A stretch of DNA of 64,000 nucleotides, from positions 33,668,001-33,732,000 of the forward strand of contig NC_087245.1 in the NCBI RefSeq assembly GCF_037042905.1. The letters are read 5' to 3'. Below are positions 40,401 to 53,074 of this stretch, in pieces (the stretch's first letter is position 1; every line of letters starts with the position of its first letter). The notes under the pieces were generated by a model, which made no database searches, was not told the origin of the DNA, and worked only from the letters and a program-made list of their open reading frames with translations. The DNA is from Lytechinus pictus. Taxonomy: Eukaryota. The translations under genes were made by a program, and so were the position numbers.

Positions 40401-42516
40401 TAAATACATTAGGATAGGAATATAGATATAACTGAATGAATAACGATCTTTGAGGCCTCTGGCTTGATCACATACGCGCATTGTACGTGCACATGAGTTT
40501 GGGTTAAGGACCGCCCACCCATCATCATCATCATCCGTTAAAGTACAGTCCACCAGGTTGGTGTATCATCGTACTTGTAGAATTATGCAGGAGTATGTAC
40601 AGTGCTGTGGAAGATCTATTCTACGTACACGTGCGGTTAAAAAAAAATCAGCGCAATCTTAGCGCAATTGGATTTTCTGCACCTCAGCCTTGAAGCTGGC
40701 TACTGAAATAGTAAATAGTTTTTGAACTATTTACGTCTGACGTCACGGCTCGGGGTACTATGCCGGGATTCATGGCATTTTTGCCAATTTCGTGACATAG
40801 GTTATGACGGACCATGCTTTAAGGACGTTCCACAGTTATGTTTGTGCGCATCATGATTGCGTATATTTTACACTCTGCGCGGAAATGGTAGAAAAATAAC
40901 AATTTGGCACCCCGGATTATCACGGACTGAGATCATTGATGATCCGTTTTGCATCCTTGAAGGTGTTAAATGGTCTTTTAAGGTATTGACCAAGATTGAA
41001 GTTTCTTTCCTTGCTGCAATGTCTGATTAGCGTACACACACATGGCCATGAACACGGAATATTGTTCATATACGCAGACAATAGACAAATTTTCGACCCC
41101 GGAATGCCGTTATTAAGGACATCTCGGTTCTTACAAGGAGCCTCCCAGATGCTTTCGCTAGGTACACGGATGTACAAGGTGGCTACAAGGATGAACACGG
41201 ATGATTATCCTTCCATGTACTCCGTACTCCGGGATGAAAAATTGAACATCATGACATGTTTTTCCCCCTGATATGCCGGTACATCAAGGGTGGCGCCGGA
41301 TGAGTAGCCGGTATTTACGGCTTATACTAATCAGTCGGGTCGCGTGCGAAATCCCTCGGGGTTTGGATTTTTGGCGATTTTTTTCTAACGATGTCTTCAA
41401 TGGGACAAACACGCTGGGAAATAAAATGAAATTGAAATTCGAGTTTCGTTTTAAGCCGGCAAGTGCCTTAAATAAAATGTACTGGACTATTGTTTTAACC
41501 TAAGTGTTTTAACATAACAAACAAGCAAATCAGCCATTAGTTCAACTAACTTAGAATAGATCCGCACTTCTACTGTGTCTTATACGAGGACTCCGAGTCG
41601 GAACTTGCCATATCTGCCGCATTGATATTACATGTATATCATTCCATATGCGGACATGCCTGCATGCCTGGCCCCATGGCGGGACCCGGCCGCGGTCGGA
41701 CACGACGTGTATCAGTAGCATGGAGCAAGCTAACGTTAGTCAAGCCGAGGTAGATCCAAAGTTACAGTGCTGGCTGCTTCATCCGTGAATAAATTCGAGA
41801 GAGAGAGCATAAACAATGCAATGTAAAACATGAATAACAAATAATATTGAGGAATTTTTTATTTCCCGTCACTCTCTGAAGCCATGTCTTCTGTTTGCTG
41901 TATGTTTCCCATCGGAGTTTAATTTAGACTAGTTTTCAGTACGGTATGATAATTTGCATTTGCAAAATCCAAAACCCGAGTGATTTCGCACGCGCACGCG
42001 ACCCGACTGATTAGTATAAGCTATATTTACACAGTACATGTAATCTCGGACTGTACACGGACGACCCCGGATTGACAATCCGGACGATCCATGCTGCATT
42101 CGTAAAGGTGAAAAGGGGGCTTTAGCGGTAAAAATGCACAAAACTCGCATTGCTGTTTATTTATTTTGACTTTTGATTGATATATGATTTGTCAATTTCA
42201 TGTTTGGGCGTGACCGAAAGCCGCTAGGATGCTTTGTTATTTACGCATCAAGTTCTTTATGCATAATATACTTCCTTTTATCTACATCTTCCCGTCCCCC
42301 ACCTTTTCTTCCACTCTTCATTTCGATTGGGCACTCCACAGTGTGGATTTTGCGCATTATAAATCATATCTATTATTATTATTATTATTATTAACTTTAT
42401 GATTATCATTATTATTATTGTCACTTGTCATTTTAGTTGTCATTTCGTCATCAACACCATCGCCATCATTATCGTTTAATTTATTTTGTTAATGCATAAT
42501 TTCATAATCCTCGCAG

Positions 42517-42818
42517 TACGTCTGGTTGATGGTTCATGTGCCGGCGAGGGTAGAGTCGAGGTTTTCTATGACGAGGCCTGGGGGACTGTTTGTGACGACT
42601 TATGGGATAATACTGATGCGACCGTTGTCTGTCAAAGTCTTGGATACACATCAGGAATCGCGGTAGGAAATGCAGGATTCGGAGAAGGAACTGGGGAGAT
42701 ACTTCTTGATAATGTAGAATGTACCTCCACTAATACCGACCTCTTCGACTGCCAACGCAATGATATCGGAGATGATAATTGCTCCCATGCTGAAGATGCG
42801 GGAGTGACGTGTTCTTAA
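42517..42818 (+). CDS. SRCR gene: terminal SRCR domain 6 with stop codon
   Basis: CGCAG| acceptor in phase 1; VRLVDGSCAGEGRVEV...AEDAGVTCS*; donor AAG|GTAAAT 5 nt after the TAA. Confidence 0.93.
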
Positions 42819-43295
42819 GGAAGGTAAATACCAGTGACGTACCAGTGGCTCATTTTAATGAGCCAAAAAAATGAAGGGTATAGACATGGCATGTGCATGG
42901 GACAATCAGAAAATTGACCGTTGAAATTTTTTTTAAATAATACCCAAAGAATAATATATATCTTTCACCCCTTCTCCTTTCCTTTGCTTTCTGTTTCTCT
43001 TCTTTCTTTTTTCCGTGAAAACATAGGGGGTCCACAGCCCCAATACCCCCATCTGTATATACGCCAGTGGTGAATGATACATACTTTTTTGTACTAGGGA
43101 TTACTTAAAGCTGAACGATTTGAAAGAAATACCGGCGTTTCGAGAGAGTTTGCACTGTCATATACATCAGTTAGGGTTTTTTTCTTCTTCTTGTCAATGT
43201 TTTGGATTATCATGAGTTTGATGAACACGGATGAAAGATTTCTTTGTTTCGTTGGCCTATGTTTTACATTGTACGCGATTTTATTTGATTTAATA

Positions 43296-43713
43296 CGCGG
43301 TGGGCATTTCCATTGACGATTGAATACCAGGCGCGACCAAAGATACGCGTAAAAAGGATCTCTTTTTTTCAAGATTGGGCACGTTACGTACAGTGTTAGA
43401 AAATTTATACTTAACAAACAAAAAATCCTGCAGCAGAGTCTCGAGAACACCTTTATTCTTACTGCACTGTGTAGTCTTACATGCATTGTGACATAACAAT
43501 TAAAATATCGCTGTACTTGTTTAGGGGGTCAATTCAGGGAATACTTGTCGAGGGTAGCGTTATGTTTCCAACACTTGTCAAAGGTATGGTTTCACTCACC
43601 AATACTTGTTAGGGGGTGTATTTTCAGAATATGGAAAATACTTGTTTAGTGTACTTTTCGAAATCCCATGGTCGCGCCTGGTATCCACTCGTCAATGGGA
43701 GTGGCCCCCTGGG
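43296..43713. mobile_element. MITE of the same family as 47173-47714, opposite orientation
   Basis: TIR ..CATTGACGA.TG.ATACCAGGCGCGACC / GGTCGCGCCTGGTATCCACTCGTCAATG. Confidence 0.8.
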
Positions 43714-43794
43714 CTAATATTCTTCGTATAATTACCCAAGGTGTCTGAAACGTCAACGTTCTTAAATCTTTTGTTTTCTTTCTTGATGTTGCAG

Positions 43795-45207
43795 ATGATT
43801 GATCCTGGAAGATCTTGTGTCCACTGAACTCAAACCAAATTTGTTCGGACTCTTCCAATTTGGTGCCTCAGTTTATCAATTTTAAAATTTTAGAATTGTC
43901 TCTCTTTTTCCTTTCTCTTCTGCATGTACTGGGGTATACAGTAAAAGATTCGCTTGATATTTACATTTGGTTTTAATTGTTGGTACAATGCTTGCTTTAG
44001 GTTTATAGTTATGCTTAATTGAATTGATTGCATCTTGTATAGGCCTCTACAACTAAACCATAAGCTGGTAATGCGTACATAATGATCCATGAACATTTAA
44101 CTTTAAGTTCGAATTTCATTAAATGATAAACAAGCAGGCTAGATCCTCGTAATGTAAAACTATGGAGGATCCAGGATTTCCCAAGGGGGGCACATTTTTC
44201 AGAGGAAAAATGTTACAAGCAAAACAAATATGTAAATAAAAAAGTTTTTGTCAACCAAAAATTAAGGATAATTCGTCTAAGAAAAAAATTGACAAGTAAA
44301 GAAAAAAATGCCTTCACTTTTAAAGGGGGCACTGCCTGGCTGTGCCCCCCCCCCCCCCCCACCTGGATCTGCCAGTGGGAGGGTGTCATTGTATGACACC
44401 CAAAATAAGTTAGACGATGATTTGATAAATCAATCACTGATTATTGATTATAACGTAACACGATGAAATAGATTTACATTTATGAACGAGAACTTTACTT
44501 TTCCCTAATCGTCACAGTGACCCAAAATGATAGAATAGCTTTATTAGGTGTAAAGATTTCTCATTTACATATCTTCATCGTTACGTATACAAATCAATCA
44601 TTAATGTCATATCCAAGGAGCTATTGACGGTAACGTGTATTGAGCACGGAGCAACATATTACTTAAATGAAATAACTATAAACGAATTAAAGAATCAATG
44701 AAAAAATGTGTAATCTTTTGAAGTCAAGGGCCCCGTAACACAAAGTTTAGTAATTAATTAATCGCTAATTTAAAAGAACAATTTTGATTCATAGTCGGTC
44801 AGTCATGCAACGATAGTCTTGATGGGCCTTTTCATTTAGCGATCCATCGCTAACATATCCGTTAAGGGATCTTCATGATACATTTCCGAATCTAATTTCG
44901 CTTTATGCTATTAAATTAAATTCTTATTCATTTCAAATGGTTAGAAACGTCATTCATTGTCATTTCCATTAATGGAGATGTCGAATTATAACGTCCAAAT
45001 TGTCGGCATGTCTTTTTTGGGGTCTGATTTCGATTAATTACATTGATCAGTTAAGGTCATCGTAAAATCCGGAGTTCTTGACTTAATAATTCGCAAAAAT
45101 TGTTGGTAAAAAATATCAAAATGGATATTTATTTCTTCTGTAAATTCCATTATACTTTTTTTGTTTACCGCGAGTGTTTGTGTGGTAACTTATAGTTGCA
45201 TAATAAA
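43795..45207 (+). other. Putative non-coding last exon (3' UTR) of the SRCR gene
   Basis: Strong acceptor TTTTCTTTCTTGATGTTGCAG| at 43794; the end is a guess from the AATAAA at 45202. Confidence 0.4.
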
Positions 45208-45560
45208 ATAATTGCTAAGTGTAGTATATCTTATGAACGGAAACGAATTTTTATATGATCTTATGGTATCTTTGGGTATAAAGTCTGTCTGCATTACATA
45301 TTTTGTTGTCTATATATTTTGTTTTTGTATGATGGATATTAAAAGAAATTGCGCTCGTTTAAGTCTGTCAAAAAAATCACCTAATCCAAGTCAACCGCCC
45401 CCCCCCCCCGCTATCAACAATGGCACTTTCCAAGTTCCTGTCATAAGCTGGTGAAGTCCTGTAATTTGATTGGCTGAGAAGAAATTAATCATAGAATCAC
45501 ACAGAAACAAAAACAAATCTGCTATTAAAAAACGAGGCCCCGTTTTCTATAGTAGATATA

Positions 45561-46473
45561 CAGTGCGTATAAAAAAAAATGTGGTTATTTCTTTCACATA
45601 ATCTTGGGTTTGGGTCTCATCTATCCAATGGAAGTAATAGTTTTGACAGAATGTTACACTTGAGTGAGCACTGTCCATTTTCGTAAAGCTCGCAGAAATG
45701 CTCATTTTCACGCCGTGTCAAGGGGAAAGGGCGAAATCAAACTTACCCTGCGAAACATTTCTCATACATTTCCATTGCACTTTTAGTCAATTGAAATAAA
45801 ACGGATACATTCAAGCATTTTGTAACAATTGTTCCACCCAAATTGAAATTTCAACACTTAGTAAGCACAACCTTTACCTTTTTTGTGCCAGCTGGATCTG
45901 AGGACATAACTGAATCTGAACAAAAGTTTACATCAGACATCTCGAGCATTTTTTCACTAAGGTTTTATCATTTAAAGTGGGTTTACATTTCTTTTTTCAT
46001 TTAATACTTGTTTCTCCACACCTTTTCCAAGCTTGACAATGATTAACAAAATGAAAATCAAGCCTTAGCCATTTCATGTAAATCACAGCTCGGTGTAAAG
46101 CAAATATCGTCACGATGGCCTCGGTGTGTGGGGCGCAATGCACTCTTCGAAGTGTTTTGGGCAAGGAAACAAGTTAAAAAGGTAAAACGATATCTTCAAA
46201 TCAATTTTACTAGCTAAATTATATGTGTTCTTCATGATTAAGGTTTTTAATTTTATTCGCATAACTATTTCAAAGTTCTGCGCAAATCATTTTTCACTAA
46301 CTTTTCTAAAGTAAGTGGTGCTCACTCAAGCTGAAATATTTTTCGACAGTTAAATCGTCATTTGCTTAAATGGATCTGTACCAATGTTAAAATGTGGAAA
46401 AATTTTCAGGATATTACAAATGTATAATTTTAGAGGATTTTTTCTAAGTGTAAACTTTTTTTGATACGCACTG
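45561..46473. mobile_element. Tc1/mariner-type non-autonomous element
   Basis: TA|CAGTGCGTAT ... ATACGCACTG|TA. Confidence 0.85.
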
Positions 46474-47172
46474 TATACTTTTCTTTTCTTGTATGTAAGT
46501 TGGCAAACTTTTCATAGACGATTAATGGCATCCAGAAGTGCGTCCACGATATCCGCGCGTCCGTTCCTATCGTGTGCGGTGTGTGTGTGTGTGGGGGGGG
46601 GGGTATGTGTGGCGCGAGGGTGTGTGTGTAAGAGAGAGAAGGGAGATGTGAGCGTGTCAGCTGCGGTGTGTGCGCGTGTGTAAGAGAGAGGGAGGGAGGG
46701 AGGGAGGGAGAGAAAGAGATGAAAGAAAACAAAAAGAGGGATTCGTTCAGAGGAGGATGGATGGGGGTGGTGGGGTCCAGGCACTGAACTGGAAATTTCC
46801 AGTTCACTTACAGCCTAGTGACTGCACTACGAGCGCTGATTTTCTAATTTAAATTTGAACTAGAAAATCAGCACTGGTAGTGCAGTTACTATACAAGCAC
46901 TGTATGTGCTAAATTAGCACTTCATTTTTTAAAGTGCATGCACTCTTGTACATGCATGATCAATGGTCTCCATCCATCCCAGTCTCCCCGCTTTCTGAAT
47001 TTTCGATTTCTCTCTTCCCCTCTCTTTTGCAATCTCTCTCCCTTCCTCTCTCTTAGAACTCTCTCTAATGATTCATGAATGAATTGACTCGCATTATGTT
47101 CTCGCAACCCCTCCACCCATATAAATCTCCGTTCCTAACTGACGGTCAGCCAAGTTCTCCCTCTCTCTGTTG

Positions 47173-47714
47173 CCCGGGGGGCCACTTCCATTGACCAGTG
47201 GATACCATGCGCGACTATGGGGTCTCGAAAAGCACCCTATATAAACACGTATTTTCAATATTCTGAAAATGCACCCCTTAACAAGTATTTGCATGTGAAA
47301 CCCTACCCTTAACAAGTATTGGAAACAAAACGATACTCTTGGCAACTATTCCCTGACCCCCGTACAGCGTCATATTACTGACGTCGGTCGTCGGTACCTA
47401 CATCATTGGGTTTAGTACAGCCCCACCTCCCACATCTCGCGCAAATCGTACTCTATAAACACGTAGTGTTGAATCTTGGGGAAAAAGTACATCCTTTATA
47501 AAACATTTTAGTCTTAATTTTTTACACCCTCGCAAATTAAACCCTGAACACGTAGTTCCTAGCGAAAATAAATACCCTTTTTTCATTAAGTGATTTTGAC
47601 ACCCTTATTACGTTACGTACATAACGTGCCCGATCTTGAAAAAGACATCATTTTTACGTGGTTTTTTTTTTGGTCGCGCATGGTATCCACTCGTCAATGT
47701 AAGTGCCCACCGGG
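47173..47714. mobile_element. MITE with CCCGG termini and 8-bp TSD
   Basis: TIR of about 45 bp; perfect TSD CTCTGTTG (47165-47172 and 47715-47722). Confidence 0.88.
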
Positions 47715-48207
47715 CTCTGTTGCTCCCCCTCTCTCCCCTCTCTCCATTGATTAGCTAGTAGGCATATAACTTTTAGAAATGCATTGATGCCCACTGGCGT
47801 AAATCCCGGGGGGATGGGGGGGATATATCCCCCCCCCACTTTTCGAGGAGGGGGGGATGGCCTGTACAAACATCCCCCCCACTTTTTACGAAAGAAATGA
47901 AAAACAAAATCACAAGAGATAATTGTTTTATTAGTGAAAATTCTTCCAAAAATACCGCTTAACAAATAAAATAATATTATTGAATCATAAAATGCAAATA
48001 AAGAGCCAGTTCATCATTTCCAAACGAAATACTTATTTCCTTATTATAACATTGAAGAGAAACCCCTGTTTCTTCCAATTCATCAATGTTGGGGTCTTTG
48101 GGAAGGGATTAAGATGGAATTTTTTAATGTAATCTCTAATAAAACCAGTAAACCATCATGGGGTAAAAAAATAGTAATATTGGAGGGGTATTTGCCATAT
48201 GGACATA

Positions 48208-49834
48208 TAGTGGCGTAACTACGGGGGACATGGGGGGCACATCCCCCCCCCCCATTGGCGGCGGAGCAGAGGATTATCTTTTGTGTTTGGGGGGGACGCA
48301 ACAATAGACGTCCCCCCCCAAACACAATAGATAATCCTCTGCTCCGCCGCCAATGCCCCCCCCCCCCATCGGCTGACCAAAAAAGGGGGAAAAGGAGAAA
48401 AGAGGGAGAAAGGAAGAGAAACGTAATGGGAAAGAAGAAAATATTATTCATTATAATGTTATATTATATTATAATTATGTTAAGTTACATTACATAAGAA
48501 ACATTTTTGTCATAACTTTATGAAACATAATTTGCCCAGGGCCTACGTCTTCATTGTTCCTGGTGCTCGCATTGTCTGTTTAACGAGATATATAATCCTG
48601 TTGTACTAAAACATCCCGTTTTCAAGTCAATATAAACCAAATATATTTCCTAGCACTTGAGTTATCATTGTTTATGTAGTGACATATGCTTCTTTTTCAT
48701 GACTCAAAAGTGATTGCCCCATGTTAAGGTCTTCGTATATATGAAACATTTCCTGTCCGTGATTACGTTCGCATTAGTGGATTGGTGAGATATGTCTGCT
48801 CTTCATGAATTCCTAAAATCAGTCCTTAAAATGTCCCTTCTTCTGATCTGATTATCAAAAATTTTCAGCTCGCGCTTCGCGCTCGCATCATTTGGTTAAT
48901 GAAATACGTATGGTCCTAGTTAATTCCTACAAAGAAACCTTAGAATGCCCCACTTCAGGTCTGAATTATCTAAGTTTTCAGCTCGCGCTTCGCGCTCGCA
49001 TTGTTAAGCGAGACAGGTACCTATCATGATTACACAAATTTGATTATAATGTCCCTTTTTAGGTGTAAATATACAAAAATTTCAGCTCGCGCTTCGCGCT
49101 CGCATTATTTGATCAGTGAGATACATATCCGTTTAATGACATTGTCCTTAAAGGGGAATCCAGCCTTGGCCATAAAATGTTGTGTTGAGAAGGAGGAAAA
49201 TAAAATAAACAGAATGGTGAAAGAAATCGGACAAGCAATAAGAAAGTTATAGCTGCTTTAAAATTGAGATCACTAATAGTATGTAGATTTCAAATAAATT
49301 GGCAACTGGGTAAGTAAATTATGACAAGGGGCAAGGACAACAAAGTTTCCCATAGGCCATGTACTTTATTATCAGGGATTTGTGGTTTTCTCCTAAGTAC
49401 CCATTCCCCTGGGGCAGTAATCTAAATATAACCCAGGTAGTATATTGTTTAATGACATCATGAAAGAAAAATATAGTTTGAAATAAAACTTTTGGGAAAA
49501 ATGACATTTTAGCCATGATATGTATTGGAGTACATGGAAGAGTAGTCCTTGCCTGACATCACTATGACATCCCATATGCGGCCAATTTGAAGTCTCCATG
49601 AGTATAGTGATTACCAAAATTTACAACTTGTAAAAATTCACAACTTGCTTGTTGTTTGTCCAATATTGTTCAAACTTTCACCATCAACTTGTCTGATTTT
49701 CTTTTTCTTATAAAAACAAGTTTTTATTTGGGTTGGATTCCCCTTTAAAATGTCTCTATTAGGTCACTCACTCAGTCATTCAAAAAATTTGCTGGTGCCC
49801 CCCCCCCAATGCCGTGACCCACGGTACGCCACTG
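48208..49834. mobile_element. hAT-like element nested in 47792-49942
   Basis: TIR YAGTGGCGTA; perfect 8-bp TSD TGGACATA; internal CGCGCTTCGCGCTCGCA repeats. Confidence 0.9.
49152..49744. mobile_element. Kolobok-like MITE, inverted family member of 15759-16353
   Basis: TTAA TSD, TIR AGGGGAATCCA; reverse-complement similarity to 15759-16353. Confidence 0.9.
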
Positions 49835-50200
49835 TGGACATATCAATGACAATTCCTTGCATATCTAAAAACATGATTGCAAAAAAAATGCCAAAATATT
49901 TCAGTCATCCCCCCCACCCATCAACACGGATTTACGCCAGTGTTGATGCCTATACCTTCGGAGAGGCCCTAAAAATATACGAGGGAATGTCAGACCAAGG
50001 GGAAAACGTTTGAAGTAAAACCTTGCATTTAGAGCACTTTATGAACTTTATGTTTGAAAAACATCTGAAAGCGCAATAAAACCACCAAACTTGACATAAA
50101 AATACAATTAAAAATATAAAATTGTATTTCTTGTATTGTATAAATTTGTATTTCGTGTGCTACACGTGCAAAATCTGCATTACAATTTTGTAATTTTCAA

Positions 50201-50203
<3 letters not shown>

Positions 50204-50270
<67 letters not shown>
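50204..50270. repeat. (TA)n microsatellite
   Basis: Seen directly. Confidence 0.95.
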
Positions 50271-50427
50271 GTGATGACAGGTTTACTTGCGGTTTACTTG
50301 TATACCACCAAACGCTCTTGAGATGTGAGTATGAAACATAATGAGATGAGGTCAACTCAAAAGATGAGGCAGGACACCTAAGAATGGTGTCCTGTGTCAT
50401 CTTTTGAGTTGACCTCATCTCTCTCTC

Positions 50428-50461
<34 letters not shown>

Positions 50462-50538
50462 TAGGTATATTTACCCAGGGTAGCCACTTCAGTTTCGAAA
50501 ACTGTTCTACCAGCGGGCCCTGCTGTTATTATTGTATA

Positions 50539-50662
50539 TCTTCTTCTTCTCCTTAATCTTCTCCCTAATTCTCCTTCTTCTTCTTCTTCTTCTTCTTCTT
50601 CTTCTTCTTCTTCTTCTTCTTCTTCTTCTTCTTCTCCTCTTTCTCCTCCTCCTCCTCCTCCT
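50539..50662. repeat. (CTT)n-(CCT)n pyrimidine tract upstream of PITRM1
   Basis: Seen directly; source of the poly-E and poly-L ORFs. Confidence 0.95.
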
Positions 50663-50829
50663 AGATCCTCCACGCCTCTCCTCTTTCTCCTCCCAGCGCC
50701 GATCGATCTGCTTTGCGCGGTGGATCGGAGCCTTCCGTCCCAGGCGGCGATTGCATAATCAACATGTGTTGGTGGAAATAGTGAAATTGCTTTCTGTAAT
50801 TCTGTTCAGCGACACTCACTGAGGAAAAG

Positions 50830-50909
50830 ATGTTGCGAGGAGCCATCTCTGCATATGGGTCACGTACAATACGAAACAGGCATCTGAGGTCAAGATTGTC
50901 CAACTACAA
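50830..50909 (+). CDS. PITRM1: PITRM1 putative exon 1 (mitochondrial targeting peptide)
   Basis: MLRGAISAYGSRTIRNRHLRSRLSNY(K) is Arg/Ser-rich with no acidic residues; phase-2 donor AA|GTTAGT (alternative at 50888) matches the next exon. Confidence 0.68.
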
Positions 50910-51989
50910 GTTAGTCATATTTTAATGTCTGCTACTAGCAGACTTTTTTGCTTAGTCTACCCTCCTTTTCACTATTTCAATGCAATGGCCAATGCGAATA
51001 TTTACTTAGCTTGAGCTCAGTCCCACTTACGTCAATTTCTGCTGGTTATTAACAAACGTGACAAACGGAGGCCTTTTTTTGGAAACGGCAGCGTCAATAC
51101 TAACGTTAGGGCCTATTAAGAATTTGGGTATCCAATTTCAGAGACAGTCTCCAGTTTGGGAGACCAATTTCCTTTGTTTACATTTGCTGCAAAAGGATTA
51201 GCTTGGCGGCAAATAAAAATGTGATGAGCAGATTCCTCATTGAAAAATTACCCCTTTTCACTGTCTACTTTGAAAATTCACCGTCTACTTTGAAAATTCA
51301 CCGTCTACTTTTGTTTTGATAAGGATTTTTGTTGTCATCCACACACAAAACAAATGGGCTTCTGACCTCAGTGAGGCAAAATTTTTGGTGGAAAAAAATC
51401 TGCTTTTGTTGTAGACAGCTGGCAGCCGTCTGTTTCGAGGATTTTTTAACATTTTTTTATTTTTAAAATTTCTCCTCATACACAGACGGCTCGCTATCGT
51501 GCAGCCACCATTACTGGGCATTAGGGGACTTACAATGCAAAATCCCCCCGTCGGGGCTCTTCAAATTTTGTCTTTAATGAATCAAGCTTTTGAAAATTAA
51601 CTCGACCGAAATGCAAATTAATATTCCCTCTTGGCATTTATTGCCAAAAAACGGGGAAAATCAAGTTAAAAGGAACAAAAACAGTGACTTACCTCGGCTG
51701 TCGCGCAACTTCACTGCCCTGTTTTATCCGAACTTAATACACATATGGCCATTGAGTCCCCTGTACAGATCGCGCTAGAACTTCGGTCTCTGTATTTGGT
51801 GAGTGAAGCCAACGGAGTTCAGCTGAACAACCAACATAACAGAGACCGAAGCTTTTGGTCTACTGTTGTTGGTGTTGTTTCTTTTGTTCTTTTGCAACAC
51901 AAACCAGTTTTCAACCCACTGTCGCCTAGTATGAGGTATACATAATGTTTGGACCTCATTGGTACTAGGACTAGGAGTAGTCGTGGGAT

Positions 51990-52262
51990 TGACGAGCCTT
52001 CGGAATAACGAACCCTATTTCGTTTTCGGACTAACGAACTTTATTTCGTTTTTGGACAAACAAACCTTCGGAATGACAAACGCTATTTTGATTTCGGATA
52101 ACGAACCTTCGGAATAACGCCACAAATATGTAGATTAACGAACCCTTTTTCTTTATCGAATTAACGAACATCGAGGTTTAGGCAATTTACGTGTTTCGGA
52201 ATTACGAACCTTTGGAATAAAGAATCTTCGGAATTACGGATCTTCATTATTACAAAGTGTAA
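51990..52262. repeat. ACGAACCTTCGGAATA-type tandem repeats (MITE arm)
   Basis: Recurrent degenerate units. Confidence 0.7.
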
Positions 52263-53074
52263 CAAAAAAAATTTCATATCTTAATTATCCATGTAACTTG
52301 CGTGACTCAATGTGTAACTTACACTAAAGGGAAACTATTGAATATAACTTTACACACACATTATCATTTGCGCCCTTGATGGTACTTGAGATTCGTCTGG
52401 CAAGTTGGAACTCATAATTGATGAAAATATTTTCTGTGTTACAATCAGATATCTGATATCAAGAAAACGCATTATCACAAAATGAATTATAATTGAATAA
52501 AATGTGACTCGTTATGCTTTTATTATTATTTATGCTCATATACATGTAGGTCATTTGTCACCCGTTTCATCTGGAGGCAACATTTACAAACCTGGCAGCC
52601 GATAGTTTACTGCATTTGTAATGCATTATGATTTCAATTATAGGCTGCAGTCGCGAAGCATTTGAACTTAAATGATAGCGGTAACGTATGTTACATAGGG
52701 AAATTTACATACTGTGAAAGAAATAATCACACAATGATAACAAAGTAACATCATGTGTTCATATTTATATAAACTTAGAGTAGACATATGTCTCTTGAAT
52801 TGGTAATGAAATAAATTTTGTTTGGACATTATTTTTCATTTTTCTGATTTTCCAATTGTGCCGAAATAGTGGTTTGGCTCTGAGGCGAGCAATAAATCAC
52901 TCTACCTGAAATGGATTAAGGCAAGTGGTAGCGAGTGATCGCTCTCGCTCGCGTTTAAGAGTAAAATAATGATGTCATAATCCTACACGGGTTAGTGAAC
53001 ATATTTGCAAATCCCTTTTCAATGAAACTTACTTGAGAATTGATACTTAAAAGTGTTTATTATTTTTTTATTAA

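Larger units (their letters stand above)
47792..49942. mobile_element. hAT-like non-autonomous element (outermost of a nest)
   Basis: TIR CACTGGCGTAAATCC; perfect 8-bp TSD TTGATGCC. Confidence 0.9.

Noticed and set aside
50197..50822. Poly-Glu and poly-Leu ORFs
   Set aside because: Products of the (CTT)n and (TA)n microsatellites.
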